64,000 nt of DNA from a candidate division FCPU426 bacterium (GCA_040756875.1 JBFLYH010000003.1:1-64000); one strand, 5' to 3'; counted from the stretch's first letter, positions 50,540 through 60,545 are shown. The notes: generated by a model from the letters alone, not told the origin. Numbers and translations are program-made.

Positions 50540-51283
50540 TTACTCCAAAATCAGTTCGCTTTCCTTGATCCAATTATCCCCGACCAGGCGCCACTCTTCA
50601 TTTCGCTTCTCGAAGTAGAACGTTCCCGGATACCAGCGGATCGCCTTGGGATGGTCGTCGTCGAAATGATAGCTGATAATGATGGCGAACGTGGCGGTGT
50701 TTTTCTTCCGGTTGTCGTATTTGGCCTCGGTCTTCTGCTTGTCCACTTCCATGATCAGTTCCTCGGGGAAACGCGTGGGCAGGCGGTTGCGCAGCACGTC
50801 CCGCCCCCATTCCAGTTTGTCCGCCAGGGCCTGATCGACCAGTTTCTCGAATTTTTTCTTGATCTCGTCATCGACCTTGAAGGGATCGGTTTTGGCCGCC
50901 GGCTGCGAAGCCCATTTGACCGTCTGCATGCCCAACCAGGGCATGGCGATCAACACCGCCAGCACGCTGCCGAGCATGACCCAAAAACGCGGCTGCCGCG
51001 CCAGCCGCTTGGTAATGGTGACCAGCGGCCTTTCTCCCAGCCGGATACGGGGCGCGGGCGGAAGCGGCGGCAGGATGGGCAGCGGCTTGGCCGCGACCCC
51101 TGCCGCAGCGGCATGGGCCAATTCCATTTTGGAAAGCCGGGGCGGTTCGGAGGAAACAGGCGTTGCCTGGGGTTTCGAACGGGGTTTGACCGGTTTTTTC
51201 GTCCCTTTGGCTTGGTTGCAATGGGGACAAAATTCAACCCGGTCTTGTTTGACTGGTCGGCCGCAATATCCGCAAATCCACAT
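50540..51283 (-). CDS. Hypothetical bitopic membrane protein with N-terminal zinc ribbon
   Basis: WICGYCG...FCPHC, Pro-rich linker, TM FWVMLGSVLAVLIAMPWLG, C-terminal soluble domain. Confidence 0.7.
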   Translation of the reverse strand: MWICGYCGRPVKQDRVEFCPHCNQAKGTKKPVKPRSKPQATPVSSEPPRLSKMELAHAAAAGVAAKPLPILPPLPPAPRIRLGERPLVTITKRLARQPRFWVMLGSVLAVLIAMPWLGMQTVKWASQPAAKTDPFKVDDEIKKKFEKLVDQALADKLEWGRDVLRNRLPTRFPEELIMEVDKQKTEAKYDNRKKNTATFAIIISYHFDDDHPKAIRWYPGTFYFEKRNEEWRLVGDNWIKESELILE

Positions 51284-51354
51284 AATCAGGGTCCCGGAAA
51301 TTAGTCTATTCTATAATTTTAGCCCAGCAATCTTGCCCTGACAAGGGGATAAAT

Positions 51355-52386
51355 TTATTCTCTTCTCCACAGCGATTGCGCCAGTTTGAGCACTTCGTCC
51401 TCGGACAAATCGTCCAGGCAGGCCCGCCTTCCGGCCCGGCAGGTTTCCGAATGGCAGGGCTGGCAGGGCTGGATGCACGTGGCCACCAGCGTGCGGGGCG
51501 TGGAAGGATTGTTGTTCACGGAATCGGTCGGCCCGTAACATATCAGCGTCGGCACGCCAAAGGCCTCGGCGAAATATTTGGGGCCTGAATCATTGCCCAG
51601 GAACAGCCGCGCTTCCCGGATCACCGCCGCCGCCTGGCGCAACGGCAATCCGGCCAGGATCAGAGCCGGTTCCCGCAGCTGGGAGGCGCATTCCTCCAGC
51701 AGCGCGGTTTCGGCGGCAGACCCGGTCAGCACCACCTGGCACCCCGTGGACTCTGCCAGGCTGCGGGCCACGCGCCCGAATTTCGCGGCTCCCCACTGTT
51801 TGAGCGGCCATCCTCCGCCCGGCGACACCGCCAGCAAGGGCCGGCCGGGAGTCCATCCTTGGCGGGCCAGTTGTTGGCGGGCGGCCGCTTCGTCGTCCGG
51901 AGCGAGGAAAAATTCCAGCGAACGGTCCTGGCCCTGCCAGCCCAGCAGTTCGGCGAACTGCAGGTTGAGGTCGACGACATAGCGGTGCTTGGCCACCACG
52001 GCCTGGGTGTAGAAATATTTCCTCCCCCGCAGGGCAAATCCCAGGCGGTGCGGAATGCCGCCCAGCACGCCCCAGGCCGCGGTCCGGGTCGTGCCGTACA
52101 GGTCTATAAAGAGTTCAAACCGCGCCTGCCGGATGCGCCGGATCATGTCCGCCTGTTGTTTGAGGGCGAACCAGGCCCCGCGGCCGCGCAGGTCCCCCGC
52201 CGGATGCAGCCATAGCTCGTCCACGCGGGGGTTGACGGACACCAAGTCCTGGTAGAGGTCATCCACGACCAGGGTGATCCCGGCGGCGGGAAACCGCTCC
52301 TTGAGCGCCCGCAACAGAGGCAGGGCGGTCATGATGTCGCCCAGGGCCCTGAGCTTGGCCACCAGTATGCGTTTCGGTTCGATCAT
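51355..52386 (-). CDS. GT9 heptosyltransferase-family glycosyltransferase
   Basis: KLRALGD, LKQW, GNDSGPKY, GPT, PCQPC..C..CL. Confidence 0.9.
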   Translation of the reverse strand: MIEPKRILVAKLRALGDIMTALPLLRALKERFPAAGITLVVDDLYQDLVSVNPRVDELWLHPAGDLRGRGAWFALKQQADMIRRIRQARFELFIDLYGTTRTAAWGVLGGIPHRLGFALRGRKYFYTQAVVAKHRYVVDLNLQFAELLGWQGQDRSLEFFLAPDDEAAARQQLARQGWTPGRPLLAVSPGGGWPLKQWGAAKFGRVARSLAESTGCQVVLTGSAAETALLEECASQLREPALILAGLPLRQAAAVIREARLFLGNDSGPKYFAEAFGVPTLICYGPTDSVNNNPSTPRTLVATCIQPCQPCHSETCRAGRRACLDDLSEDEVLKLAQSLWRRE

Positions 52387-52413
52387 GCGAAACCTTTCCA
52401 CATTCGAAAGATC

Positions 52414-52532
52414 ACCACGAAGGGCACGAAGCAGAGCTTCCCCGGCATAAAATATTTTCCGGACAGCCTTGGGTTGGTGGTTTTAACCCCGGCCTTTGCT
52501 TCCCTTCTTTCTTCCTGCGTGTCCTTCGTGGT
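52414..52532. repeat. Inverted repeat element overlapping the 3' end of the WaaL-GT9 gene
   Basis: ACCACGAAGGGCACGAAG (52414-52431) versus CTGCGTGTCCTTCGTGGT (52515-52532), 16/18 complementary. Confidence 0.6.
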
Positions 52533-54720
52533 CCGCTTTTTTTCCGCTTTTGAGGATGGCAGCGAGCGCTTCCAGCACCAGCGCGGGCGTCACGTTGCGC
52601 CAGCATTGGGTGTCATCGCACGCGTCGCGGTGGCAGGGCCAGCACGACGGCGGCGCGTGCAGGGCCTTGTGGCCATTGCGCCCCGGATAAGCGAACCACA
52701 CCCTGGGGTCTCCGGGCCCGAACAAGCCGAGCGTGGGCGTGCCCACGGCCGGGCCCATGTGCATGGGAAACGCATCGTTCGAGACTACGGCCGCGCACTG
52801 TCGCCACAGGGCAGCCAGCTGGCCGGGCGTCAGCCCAACCGCGGCTTGCGAGCCTTTGCCGCCCAGGCGCTGGTAGGCCTTGAGCAACTCCCGCTCCAGG
52901 GGACCGAACACGAACACCGGCCGCAGTTTGAACCGGCCCTGCGCTTCGGCTGCCGCCTGCACAAAATTTTCCAGCGGCCAACGCTTGGCCGGATGGCTGC
53001 CGCCGGCGAAAAAGCCGACCAGCCTGCCCGGACGCAGGCCGCGCTGTTTGAGCCAGGCTTTGACCCACGCTTCATCCTGCCCGTCCACTTCCCAGCGCGG
53101 CCGCTGCGAAAGCTGCTTGAGGCCCAGCAGACGGAGCAGGTCATAATACGACTCCCAGGCCGGCCGCGGCCCGGGCCGGTCCGCATGAGTGACCGCGTCC
53201 AGCAGCCAGTCCCAGCCGCGGACCTGGGGCCCCAGCCGGAAGCGGGCTCCGCTGAACGCGGCCAGCAGCACGGTGCGGGGATTTCCGAAGAGGTCGCAGG
53301 TCGCGTCGTAATCCCCGCGCCGGATCGCGAGCAGTGTGCGCCACCAGTCAGCCAGGTCGCGCCGCGCCAGGACCAGGACCTGGCGCCAGCCGGCCTTGCC
53401 GCCGGCCGCGGCCGCGCTGGCAGGCTCGGTCAGCAGGTCGATCTCCGCGGCCGGATAGTCGCGCGCGAGCAGGCGCGGCACGCCGGAGGCGAGCAGTACG
53501 TCGCCTAAAAAGCGGGGCCGCAAAAACAGCACGCGCGGGGCAACGGGCAGCAGGCTGTCCGCGGCGCCCAGGGCCGGCAGCAGCCCGGCGAGGAAATATA
53601 CGAGGGTAATGACCTGCGAAGTCCCGAAATTGAACTCGAACAATCCGTTGACTGCAAAACCCAGAAAGGCCAGGCTGAGCCCCAGCGCGGTCCCGGCGCG
53701 CTCCGGCGCCGAGAAACGCAGGCGCCGCCAGAGGCCCAGGCCCCAGGCCAGCAGGGCGACGATCCACCACGCATACAGGCCCGCAGCGGCCAGGCCGCCG
53801 TTGATGGCCATTTGCATCAGGGTGTTGTGCACGTGCGGCGGCCGCTGCTCCAGGGCCCGGGGATCAGCCACGCTGCCGTACACTTCGGACAGATTGTCCA
53901 CGCCATACCCGAGCAGGGGGTTCCGCTGGATCAGTTTCAGGCCCGAGGCCCACATGTATTTGCGTTCCACGTTGCTGGAATGGTATTTGGAGGTGAGCGT
54001 CCACACGCGCTGAGCCACGGGCGAGCGCGGGAACAGGACCAGCCCCAGGACCGCAGCCGCCGCGGCCACGGCCACCCAGCGCCAGTCGCGGATCAACCCC
54101 AGCATTACCAGGGCCACGGCCGCGCCGATCCAGGAGGAACGGGTGTAGGTCAGGAGCAGGGCTGTCGCAAGGAGCAGCACGCAGGCCAGCCAGGCCCAAC
54201 GGTGGGGCGCGCGCGCGTACACCCAGCGGCTGGCCGCCAGAATCAGGGCCAGCATGAACATGCCCCCAGCTGCCATATAATCGCCGGAGAACGACTGGGC
54301 GCGGCCGCCGTCCAGGTGCAGCAGGTGCATGACGATCGCCCAGACAGCGCACAGCGAAGCGCCCAGCAGGAACCAGGTGGTGAGGCGCTCGGCTTTCAGG
54401 GGATGCGACACCAAGCCGGCTGTCGCGAAGAAGGCCAGCATCAGGCCGACTTTGCGCACGCCGAACAGGCTGGGGTTGAGCCGGCCGGCCAGGAAAGAGG
54501 ACAGGACCAGCACGGCGGCCAGGAGCAGCAAAGGCAGGGTCACTGGCGTGTCCGGCAGCTTCCAGCCGCGGCGCCAGGCCATGCCTAGAACCCAGGCTGC
54601 GGCCGCGAGCCAGATGAAATTCTGGAGCGAAATGCTGGCCACGGCGAACAGGGCGAAAGCGGTCAGTGACCAGCGCCCCAGCCTTTCGGCCGCCAGTTGC
54701 CGGGAGTCCGGGCGAGCCAC
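52483..54720 (-). CDS. O-antigen ligase-like (WaaL) domain fused to GT9 glycosyltransferase
   Basis: Multi-TM N-half with TYTRSSW, ERKYMW..G, PLLGYG, HVHN; C-half RFLGDVLL, AKRWP, SNDAFPMH, LFGP. Confidence 0.85.
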   Translation of the reverse strand: MARPDSRQLAAERLGRWSLTAFALFAVASISLQNFIWLAAAAWVLGMAWRRGWKLPDTPVTLPLLLLAAVLVLSSFLAGRLNPSLFGVRKVGLMLAFFATAGLVSHPLKAERLTTWFLLGASLCAVWAIVMHLLHLDGGRAQSFSGDYMAAGGMFMLALILAASRWVYARAPHRWAWLACVLLLATALLLTYTRSSWIGAAVALVMLGLIRDWRWVAVAAAAAVLGLVLFPRSPVAQRVWTLTSKYHSSNVERKYMWASGLKLIQRNPLLGYGVDNLSEVYGSVADPRALEQRPPHVHNTLMQMAINGGLAAAGLYAWWIVALLAWGLGLWRRLRFSAPERAGTALGLSLAFLGFAVNGLFEFNFGTSQVITLVYFLAGLLPALGAADSLLPVAPRVLFLRPRFLGDVLLASGVPRLLARDYPAAEIDLLTEPASAAAAGGKAGWRQVLVLARRDLADWWRTLLAIRRGDYDATCDLFGNPRTVLLAAFSGARFRLGPQVRGWDWLLDAVTHADRPGPRPAWESYYDLLRLLGLKQLSQRPRWEVDGQDEAWVKAWLKQRGLRPGRLVGFFAGGSHPAKRWPLENFVQAAAEAQGRFKLRPVFVFGPLERELLKAYQRLGGKGSQAAVGLTPGQLAALWRQCAAVVSNDAFPMHMGPAVGTPTLGLFGPGDPRVWFAYPGRNGHKALHAPPSCWPCHRDACDDTQCWRNVTPALVLEALAAILKSGKKADHEGHAGRKKGSKGRG

Positions 54721-54721
54721 T

Positions 54722-55435
54722 TTAACGCCTCCTCCAGCCGCGGTACCACAGATACCAGCCGGACACCTTCCGCCTAAACGCGGCCAGGGAATCCCCGGCC
54801 TTGACGTACACGCGGCGCAGGGCCAGGAGGTCCGCGGTCACGGACGCAGTCTGCGGCGAAGTGGCGCAGGCCGTCCAGTATCCGGCCCCGGCCACCGCGT
54901 CCCTGACCCGGCGGTCCCACTCGCCAAACGGATAACTGAAAGACAGAACCGGCGCGCCCAGCATCTGTTCCAGATCCTGCCTCGAGCCTTGGATCTCCCC
55001 GGCCAGCGCCGGGTCGTCGAGCCGGGGCAAATGGGCGTGCGTGCGGCTGTGAGACCCGATCTCCCAGCCCTGGCCGGCCAGGCGACGCAACTGTCCGGCG
55101 TCCGCGCAAGGCACGCGGCCGTCGTCCCAGAAATTATTCTTGCCGACTGCGCTCGAGACCGCGAAGGCCGTGGCCGCAAACCCCACCCCGGATAAAACCG
55201 ACTGCGCCCTCTCCAGGCTTGCCTGGTAAGCGTCGTCAAACGTAATGACCACCGGCCGCTTGGGCAGCGGCGCCCCGCCCGCGCAGGCCGCGGCCACCCG
55301 GCCCAGGCTCACGCTGTGAAAGCCGCTGCCAGCCAGCCAGCGCACCTGGCGGGCAAATGCGTCCAAGGTCACACCCAACTGGTCCTGGGGCTGGTCCAGC
55401 AGCAGATGGTGGTACATTAATATTGGAAGGTTCAC
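54722..55435 (-). CDS. Polysaccharide deacetylase (NodB/CE4)
   Basis: PILMYHH, ITFDDAY, IGSHSRTH, FSYPFG; GTGA overlap with upstream gene. Confidence 0.9.
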   Translation of the reverse strand: MNLPILMYHHLLLDQPQDQLGVTLDAFARQVRWLAGSGFHSVSLGRVAAACAGGAPLPKRPVVITFDDAYQASLERAQSVLSGVGFAATAFAVSSAVGKNNFWDDGRVPCADAGQLRRLAGQGWEIGSHSRTHAHLPRLDDPALAGEIQGSRQDLEQMLGAPVLSFSYPFGEWDRRVRDAVAGAGYWTACATSPQTASVTADLLALRRVYVKAGDSLAAFRRKVSGWYLWYRGWRRR

Positions 55436-57702
55436 GGTTGCTCCTGGCTGCCCAAGGACAGCACGCTGTTCTCCGCCTGCAGCGTCCCCAGGCGGATCCG
55501 GCCCGGAAACCCCGCCAGTTTGAACAGGGGGTTGAAATCCTCCACCCACGGTTGCAGCAGCCAGCCAGGGAGGGTCAGACCCAGCCCCGCCGCGCTTTGC
55601 AGGTCAAAACGCAAGTTCTGGGAGTCCGGAAGGTGCGGGTCCGGGACGACGCTCAGACGCAGCCGGACGCTGGCCTCGGGTTTGCCCTGCCAGAGGGCGG
55701 TGACCCGGCCGGCGCTGAATTCCAGGCTCAAGCGCTGCAGATCGCCTTCAGCCTCGGCCAGGTCGTCGTTGACCGCTTCAGCCTGCAAATTGAGGCTGTG
55801 CACGGTCAGGCTGCCGACATCGTACAGCACCAGGCGGCCCTCCTGCCAGGCTTCCCAGTCGAACACCACGGGTGCGACCTCCACGTCCAGCTGTTCGCAG
55901 TGCACGCCGAAAGGTTTGTGTTTGAAATCGCCGAGCAGGGCCTGCTGGGCGCGGACGCGGACCGACTGCAGATGCCCCAACTGGGTCTCCTGCTCCGAGG
56001 CGGGCGTCACCTGGATCGTCATGGCGGCCGCGTTCTTGACGTACGCGGCCAGGAGGGCGGCCAGGCCGCTCTCCACCTGTTTCAACATCTCAGGCGCGGG
56101 CGCGGCGGCGGCCGCCACTTCCCGGCGCCGGTAAAGCAGGGCTTCGCTCTGATCGGGCAGGGGGTACCGGCCCACCAGCTCGAACCTCCGGCCGGCCGGA
56201 CTGCCGGGGTCCAGCAGCTCGCGGGTGATGGCCTGGGGCTTTTCCACGGCGAAGTCCAGGCCCAGGCTTCCGGTCTTGGTGACCGCGAAATCCGTGAACG
56301 CGGGCCAATCCGTGGCGCCGGACAGCTGGACGCGGCTGCGCCGGCCGGCCTGCGCGACCACGAACGCCACTTTGGAAAACGCCGCGTGGTCCGGAATGAC
56401 CCGCAGGATGGGCGGACGCGCCATGCCCTGGGACAGGCTTTCCACTTCGGCCAGGATCGTCTCCAGGGGCCACACGCGCGGGTCAGGCGCCAGGGATTCC
56501 ACCAGGGGCGAACCGGCGAGGCGGAAAGACAACGCCTGGTGCACCCATCCGGCGTTTTGGCCTACGTGCACGTACGCCAGCTGGAGCAATGCCAGCAGCA
56601 TCAGCACCTGGACCGTGCGGCGCCGGGCCCGGGGGCTCAGGTCCGCCAAGGCCGAAACGCCGGCCAGGCAGATCAAGGGCAGCAGGGGCAGGGTGTAGCG
56701 GTTGTCCTTATTGCGGATCAGGGTCAGCACCAGATAAGGCGCGCCCAGCCACCAGGCCCACCACAGGCCCTGGCCCCGGCCCCGGCGGATCAGTGCCCAC
56801 GCCAGGCCGGCCAGCACGGCCAGGCCCAGGGGCCAGCCCAGCTGGCGCAGCACGCTGAGCAGGTAATACCACCAGGCTGCCGGCGACAGCAAAGAGGGGT
56901 CGTTTTCAAGCACGCCGCGGGCGTGGAAATAGCCCGACGTGTTCCGCACGAGCTTCAGCAGGTGGGCGGCGTACCAGGGGCCGGCCAGAAGCGCGGCCAG
57001 GCCCAGGGCCAAAAACGCGTTCCGTAGCCACACCGAGGCCCTGATTTCGCCCCGGCTCACGGCCGTGAGGCCCGCTCCCAGCGGCGGCAGCAGCAGGAAA
57101 AAGACCGCGCTCCACTTGGTGAGCAGGGCCAGGCCGAATACCGCGCCGAATCCCAGGGACCACCTCAGCCTGGCGAAGGCTTCGCTGCGAAGGAAAAAAT
57201 AATAGCCCAGCAGCACCCAAAAGGTCAGCGGCAGGTCGAGCATGAAAAATTTCGCCTGCAGGCACACCATGGAGCCGGCTGCGAACAGGTACGCAGCCCC
57301 TGCGCCCTGCAGGCCGTCGCCCTGCCTGCGGCCCAGGAGGAATAAAAGCAGCAGAATGCCCAACACGTAGACGGTGTTGAAAAAAGCCGCGCGGTCCGGG
57401 CCCGGACCGAACAGCAAAAAAGCGGCGCCGGCCGCGGACTCGGCCAGCGGCGGGTAGAAATCCGACTGGTACAGCAGGCGCGGCAGCAAACCCGGCCCGT
57501 GGTCGTGCAGGATGCGGTAATACCCCAGGGCGCCCATGTAGTGGATGGATTCATCCCAGGCGAACGGCCGCTGGTCCGCGGTCAGCCACAAGGCCTGGCT
57601 GAGGGTCCAGGCCACGGCCAGCGCGGCCAGCCACGCCCACGGCGCCCGGCCGGCGGCCTCTGGTTGCGGCCGGGCCGGGGCGGGAATTTTCAGTTTTCGC
57701 AT
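55432..57702 (-). CDS. ArnT/GT39-like membrane glycosyltransferase with C-terminal soluble domain
   Basis: WDESIH, YPPL, MLDLP, LLTKW, KDNRYTLPLLP; long extracytoplasmic C-terminus. Confidence 0.8.
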   Translation of the reverse strand: MRKLKIPAPARPQPEAAGRAPWAWLAALAVAWTLSQALWLTADQRPFAWDESIHYMGALGYYRILHDHGPGLLPRLLYQSDFYPPLAESAAGAAFLLFGPGPDRAAFFNTVYVLGILLLLFLLGRRQGDGLQGAGAAYLFAAGSMVCLQAKFFMLDLPLTFWVLLGYYFFLRSEAFARLRWSLGFGAVFGLALLTKWSAVFFLLLPPLGAGLTAVSRGEIRASVWLRNAFLALGLAALLAGPWYAAHLLKLVRNTSGYFHARGVLENDPSLLSPAAWWYYLLSVLRQLGWPLGLAVLAGLAWALIRRGRGQGLWWAWWLGAPYLVLTLIRNKDNRYTLPLLPLICLAGVSALADLSPRARRRTVQVLMLLALLQLAYVHVGQNAGWVHQALSFRLAGSPLVESLAPDPRVWPLETILAEVESLSQGMARPPILRVIPDHAAFSKVAFVVAQAGRRSRVQLSGATDWPAFTDFAVTKTGSLGLDFAVEKPQAITRELLDPGSPAGRRFELVGRYPLPDQSEALLYRRREVAAAAAPAPEMLKQVESGLAALLAAYVKNAAAMTIQVTPASEQETQLGHLQSVRVRAQQALLGDFKHKPFGVHCEQLDVEVAPVVFDWEAWQEGRLVLYDVGSLTVHSLNLQAEAVNDDLAEAEGDLQRLSLEFSAGRVTALWQGKPEASVRLRLSVVPDPHLPDSQNLRFDLQSAAGLGLTLPGWLLQPWVEDFNPLFKLAGFPGRIRLGTLQAENSVLSLGSQEQP

Positions 57703-57725
57703 ATCCAGCGTCAACAAGGTGTCGG

Positions 57726-58709
57726 TTATCCCTTCAGAAAATGATGCACCGCGGCCTGAAATAAATCCTCGGAACCGATGTCCGCGACCCGGCCGCTCTG
57801 CGAACGCACCACTGCGTGCTGGTCCTGGGCATAGGGATGCCATTCGGCCAGCGGTTCGTCGGTCCACAGGGTGAGGGTCTTCGCGCCCACGGCCACGGCC
57901 ACGTGCTTGGGCCCGGAATCCGCGGTCACCACGCCGGCGGAGAGGCGGAAGAGGGCGCCGGCCTGGCGCAGGCTCTGGTTGAAAATCACCGGCTCATCGT
58001 CCAGTTCGCGCTGGATGAGCCGGGCGGTTTCTTCCTCCGCCTGGCCGGCCAAAAGCACCCACGGTCCGGGAAACCGCTGCCTGGCCAGGCGCAAGAATTT
58101 CACGGCCAGGTCGAGCGGGCAGGCTTTGTGCGCTTTGCCCGCGCCCGGCGCCAGGACCCAGAAAGGCTGGTGCGGCGCCACGCCGTGGTCTTCCAGGTAT
58201 TCCTTCGCTGTGCGCAAGTCCTCGGTGGAGAGCGGGAAATCCAGGTCCGCGCCGTCGTCCGGCACGCCCAGGGCCCGGACAGCGTCCAGGTCCCGCTCGA
58301 TCGCGGATTTGGACACCTTGGGCGCCGCGATGGGGATCGTGGCGAAAAAATTCCGGCCGCTGTGGTTGTGGACCACGCGCCAGCCCGCGCCCGTGGCCAG
58401 GCCCAGCAGGGCCGTGCGCAGCGAGGCGTGCAGGGCCATCACGCCGTCGTAGTGGAAAGACCGCAGCTCGGCCATCAACCGCAGGGCGGCCGGCCAGCCT
58501 TTGTCCGCCATGACCATGACCCGGTCCACGTAGGGATTCGCGGACAGCACTTCCCTGCCCGCGGCCGAGACCAGTACGGACAATCCGGCGCGGGGATAGG
58601 CCTGGCGCAGGGCGCGCAGGGCCGGCGTGGCGAGCAATGTGTCGCCCAGTCCCCGGACCTTGATGACCAGCAGGTTGTCCGCGGCAGGCGGCAGGCGGGG
58701 GTCAGGCAT
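57726..58709 (-). CDS. GT9 heptosyltransferase-family glycosyltransferase
   Basis: KVRGLGDTLLATP, TADSGPKHVAVAVG. Confidence 0.88.
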   Translation of the reverse strand: MPDPRLPPAADNLLVIKVRGLGDTLLATPALRALRQAYPRAGLSVLVSAAGREVLSANPYVDRVMVMADKGWPAALRLMAELRSFHYDGVMALHASLRTALLGLATGAGWRVVHNHSGRNFFATIPIAAPKVSKSAIERDLDAVRALGVPDDGADLDFPLSTEDLRTAKEYLEDHGVAPHQPFWVLAPGAGKAHKACPLDLAVKFLRLARQRFPGPWVLLAGQAEEETARLIQRELDDEPVIFNQSLRQAGALFRLSAGVVTADSGPKHVAVAVGAKTLTLWTDEPLAEWHPYAQDQHAVVRSQSGRVADIGSEDLFQAAVHHFLKG

Positions 58710-59724
58710 TTTTTACGGACCCGGCTGAAAGCAGGGACAGCAGGGCCTGCTCGACTTGGTTGACCGTCAGTTTCAGCATGCAGTCCAGGTGCCCGGGCCG
58801 GCATTCGTTGCGCACGCAGGGCGCGCAGGCCACGCTGTTGTCCCGCAGAATCCGGCCGCTGGCCCCGAACGGCCCGGTGACCCGCGAGTCCGCAGCGCCT
58901 TGCAGCACCAGTACCGGTACGTTCTGAGCATAGGCCAGGTGCATGGCCCCGGAATCGTTGCTGACCAGGGCGTCAAGCCGCCGGATCACGGCCATCACCT
59001 CCCGCAGGCCGGTTTGGCCCGCCAGGTTCAGGAGCGGCGCGCCGGCCAGGCGTTCTACGGCCAGGGCCGCTTCCCGGTCGCCGGGGCTGCCGATCAGCAC
59101 CACCCGCTTTCCCTGCCTGATCAGGCGGCCGGCCAGTTCCGCGTAGCGTTCGGCCGGCCAGCGCCGGCTCAAGGCCACGGAACCCGGCGCCAGGCCGACC
59201 AAAGGTCCGGATTTCGGGCCCAGCCGTTCGTCCGCCCGCGCCAGCTCCGCGTCCGTGACTTTGAGGTCAAAGCGCCAGGACTCGCACAGGTCCGCGTCCG
59301 CCCCAGCCAGCCGGGCCAGGGCTAGATACGCCTTGGGCCTGGGCCACTGCTCCTGTTCCGTGCCCCAGGCCGCGGCCCGGGTCAACAGCCAGGCCCGAAG
59401 TTCCGTGGCATAACCCACCCGCTGCCCGCAGCCCGCCCGCCAGGCCAGCCAAGCCGAGGAAAAGGAATTCGGCAGGATCACGGCCGTGTGGTAGCGTTCG
59501 CGGCGCAGAGCGCCGAGGCTCGTGCCCCAGGGAACGATCCGCTCCACGTCCGGATGCCGTTCCCAAACCGGCGCCACCCAGGGCTTGGCCCACACGTGCA
59601 CTTGGCAATCCGGGCAACTGCCCTTCAGCGCCCGCGCCACGGGCAGGGCCATCACCGCGTCGCCCACCCAGTTGGGGCTGCGCACCAGTATTTTCACGCC
59701 CGCAGGCATGGCTTGGCCGGTCAC
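58702..59724 (-). CDS. waaF: LPS heptosyltransferase II
   Basis: PNWVGDAVMA, LPNSFSSA, RRWP, LAGQT.L, SNDSGAMH. Confidence 0.85.
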   Translation of the reverse strand: MTGQAMPAGVKILVRSPNWVGDAVMALPVARALKGSCPDCQVHVWAKPWVAPVWERHPDVERIVPWGTSLGALRRERYHTAVILPNSFSSAWLAWRAGCGQRVGYATELRAWLLTRAAAWGTEQEQWPRPKAYLALARLAGADADLCESWRFDLKVTDAELARADERLGPKSGPLVGLAPGSVALSRRWPAERYAELAGRLIRQGKRVVLIGSPGDREAALAVERLAGAPLLNLAGQTGLREVMAVIRRLDALVSNDSGAMHLAYAQNVPVLVLQGAADSRVTGPFGASGRILRDNSVACAPCVRNECRPGHLDCMLKLTVNQVEQALLSLLSAGSVKNA

Positions 59725-60545
59725 TGCGACACTTCCCCTTGTCGCCGGCCGCGGCCGCGGGAAAACAAGGTGGCCAGGACCGGCAGTTTCTCGCCGCGCG
59801 CCGAAAAAGTCTCCCAGGCTTTCAACTCGCTGGCGAACACGTACGCCGCCGAGAAAGCGTGGAACAGAAATCCGGCCAGGCCGTCCCTGAAGCCCGCCTT
59901 AAACACATAGGCTTTCAGCCAGCGGTGCCAGGGTTTGAGCAGCAGGTCATAGCCGCCGGGCCGCCGGCCCTGCGCCACGATCCGTTCGGCCTCGGCGTCG
60001 GTGTAGGCGTTGAACTTGCCGAAGTAATGCGCCAGGTTGCGGTAGGAAAAATGCAGCAGGTCTCCGGTCAGGTTCCCCTGGGGGCCGTCCACGGCCACGC
60101 CGCGGTGCAGGCCCACTTCCGGATACCCGCCCTTGCCCCGGCGGAAAAACCGCAGGTGCAGGTCCGGATACAGGCCGCCGTGCCTGAGCCAGCGGCCAAA
60201 ATGGTAATTGCGGATCGGGACCCAGTAGCCGTCGCAGGCGCCGGGATCGCTGTCGAGCCGCCGCAGTTCGTCCCGCAATTCGGGCGTCACCCGTTCGTCC
60301 GCGTCCACAATCAGCACCCAGTCCTGGGTCAGCTGCGCCAGCCCGAACACGCGGGCCGGCTCCGGGTACCCGTGGCGCCCGGAAAACACCGCTACCCGCG
60401 CGCCCGCGGCCCGCGCCAGTTCCACGGTCCGGTCCGTGCTCTCGTTGTCCACCACGACGATTTCGTCGCAGAACGCCAGCGAGGCCAGGCAGTCCGGCAG
60501 GTTGCGTTCCTCGTTGTAGGTGTGAACCACCGCCGAGATGGTCAT
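59721..60545 (-). CDS. GT2 glycosyltransferase (WaaE/KdtX-like)
   Basis: TYNEERNL, VVDNESTDRT, IVDADERV, YPDLHLRFF, KFNAYT. Confidence 0.88.
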   Translation of the reverse strand: MTISAVVHTYNEERNLPDCLASLAFCDEIVVVDNESTDRTVELARAAGARVAVFSGRHGYPEPARVFGLAQLTQDWVLIVDADERVTPELRDELRRLDSDPGACDGYWVPIRNYHFGRWLRHGGLYPDLHLRFFRRGKGGYPEVGLHRGVAVDGPQGNLTGDLLHFSYRNLAHYFGKFNAYTDAEAERIVAQGRRPGGYDLLLKPWHRWLKAYVFKAGFRDGLAGFLFHAFSAAYVFASELKAWETFSARGEKLPVLATLFSRGRGRRQGEVSQ

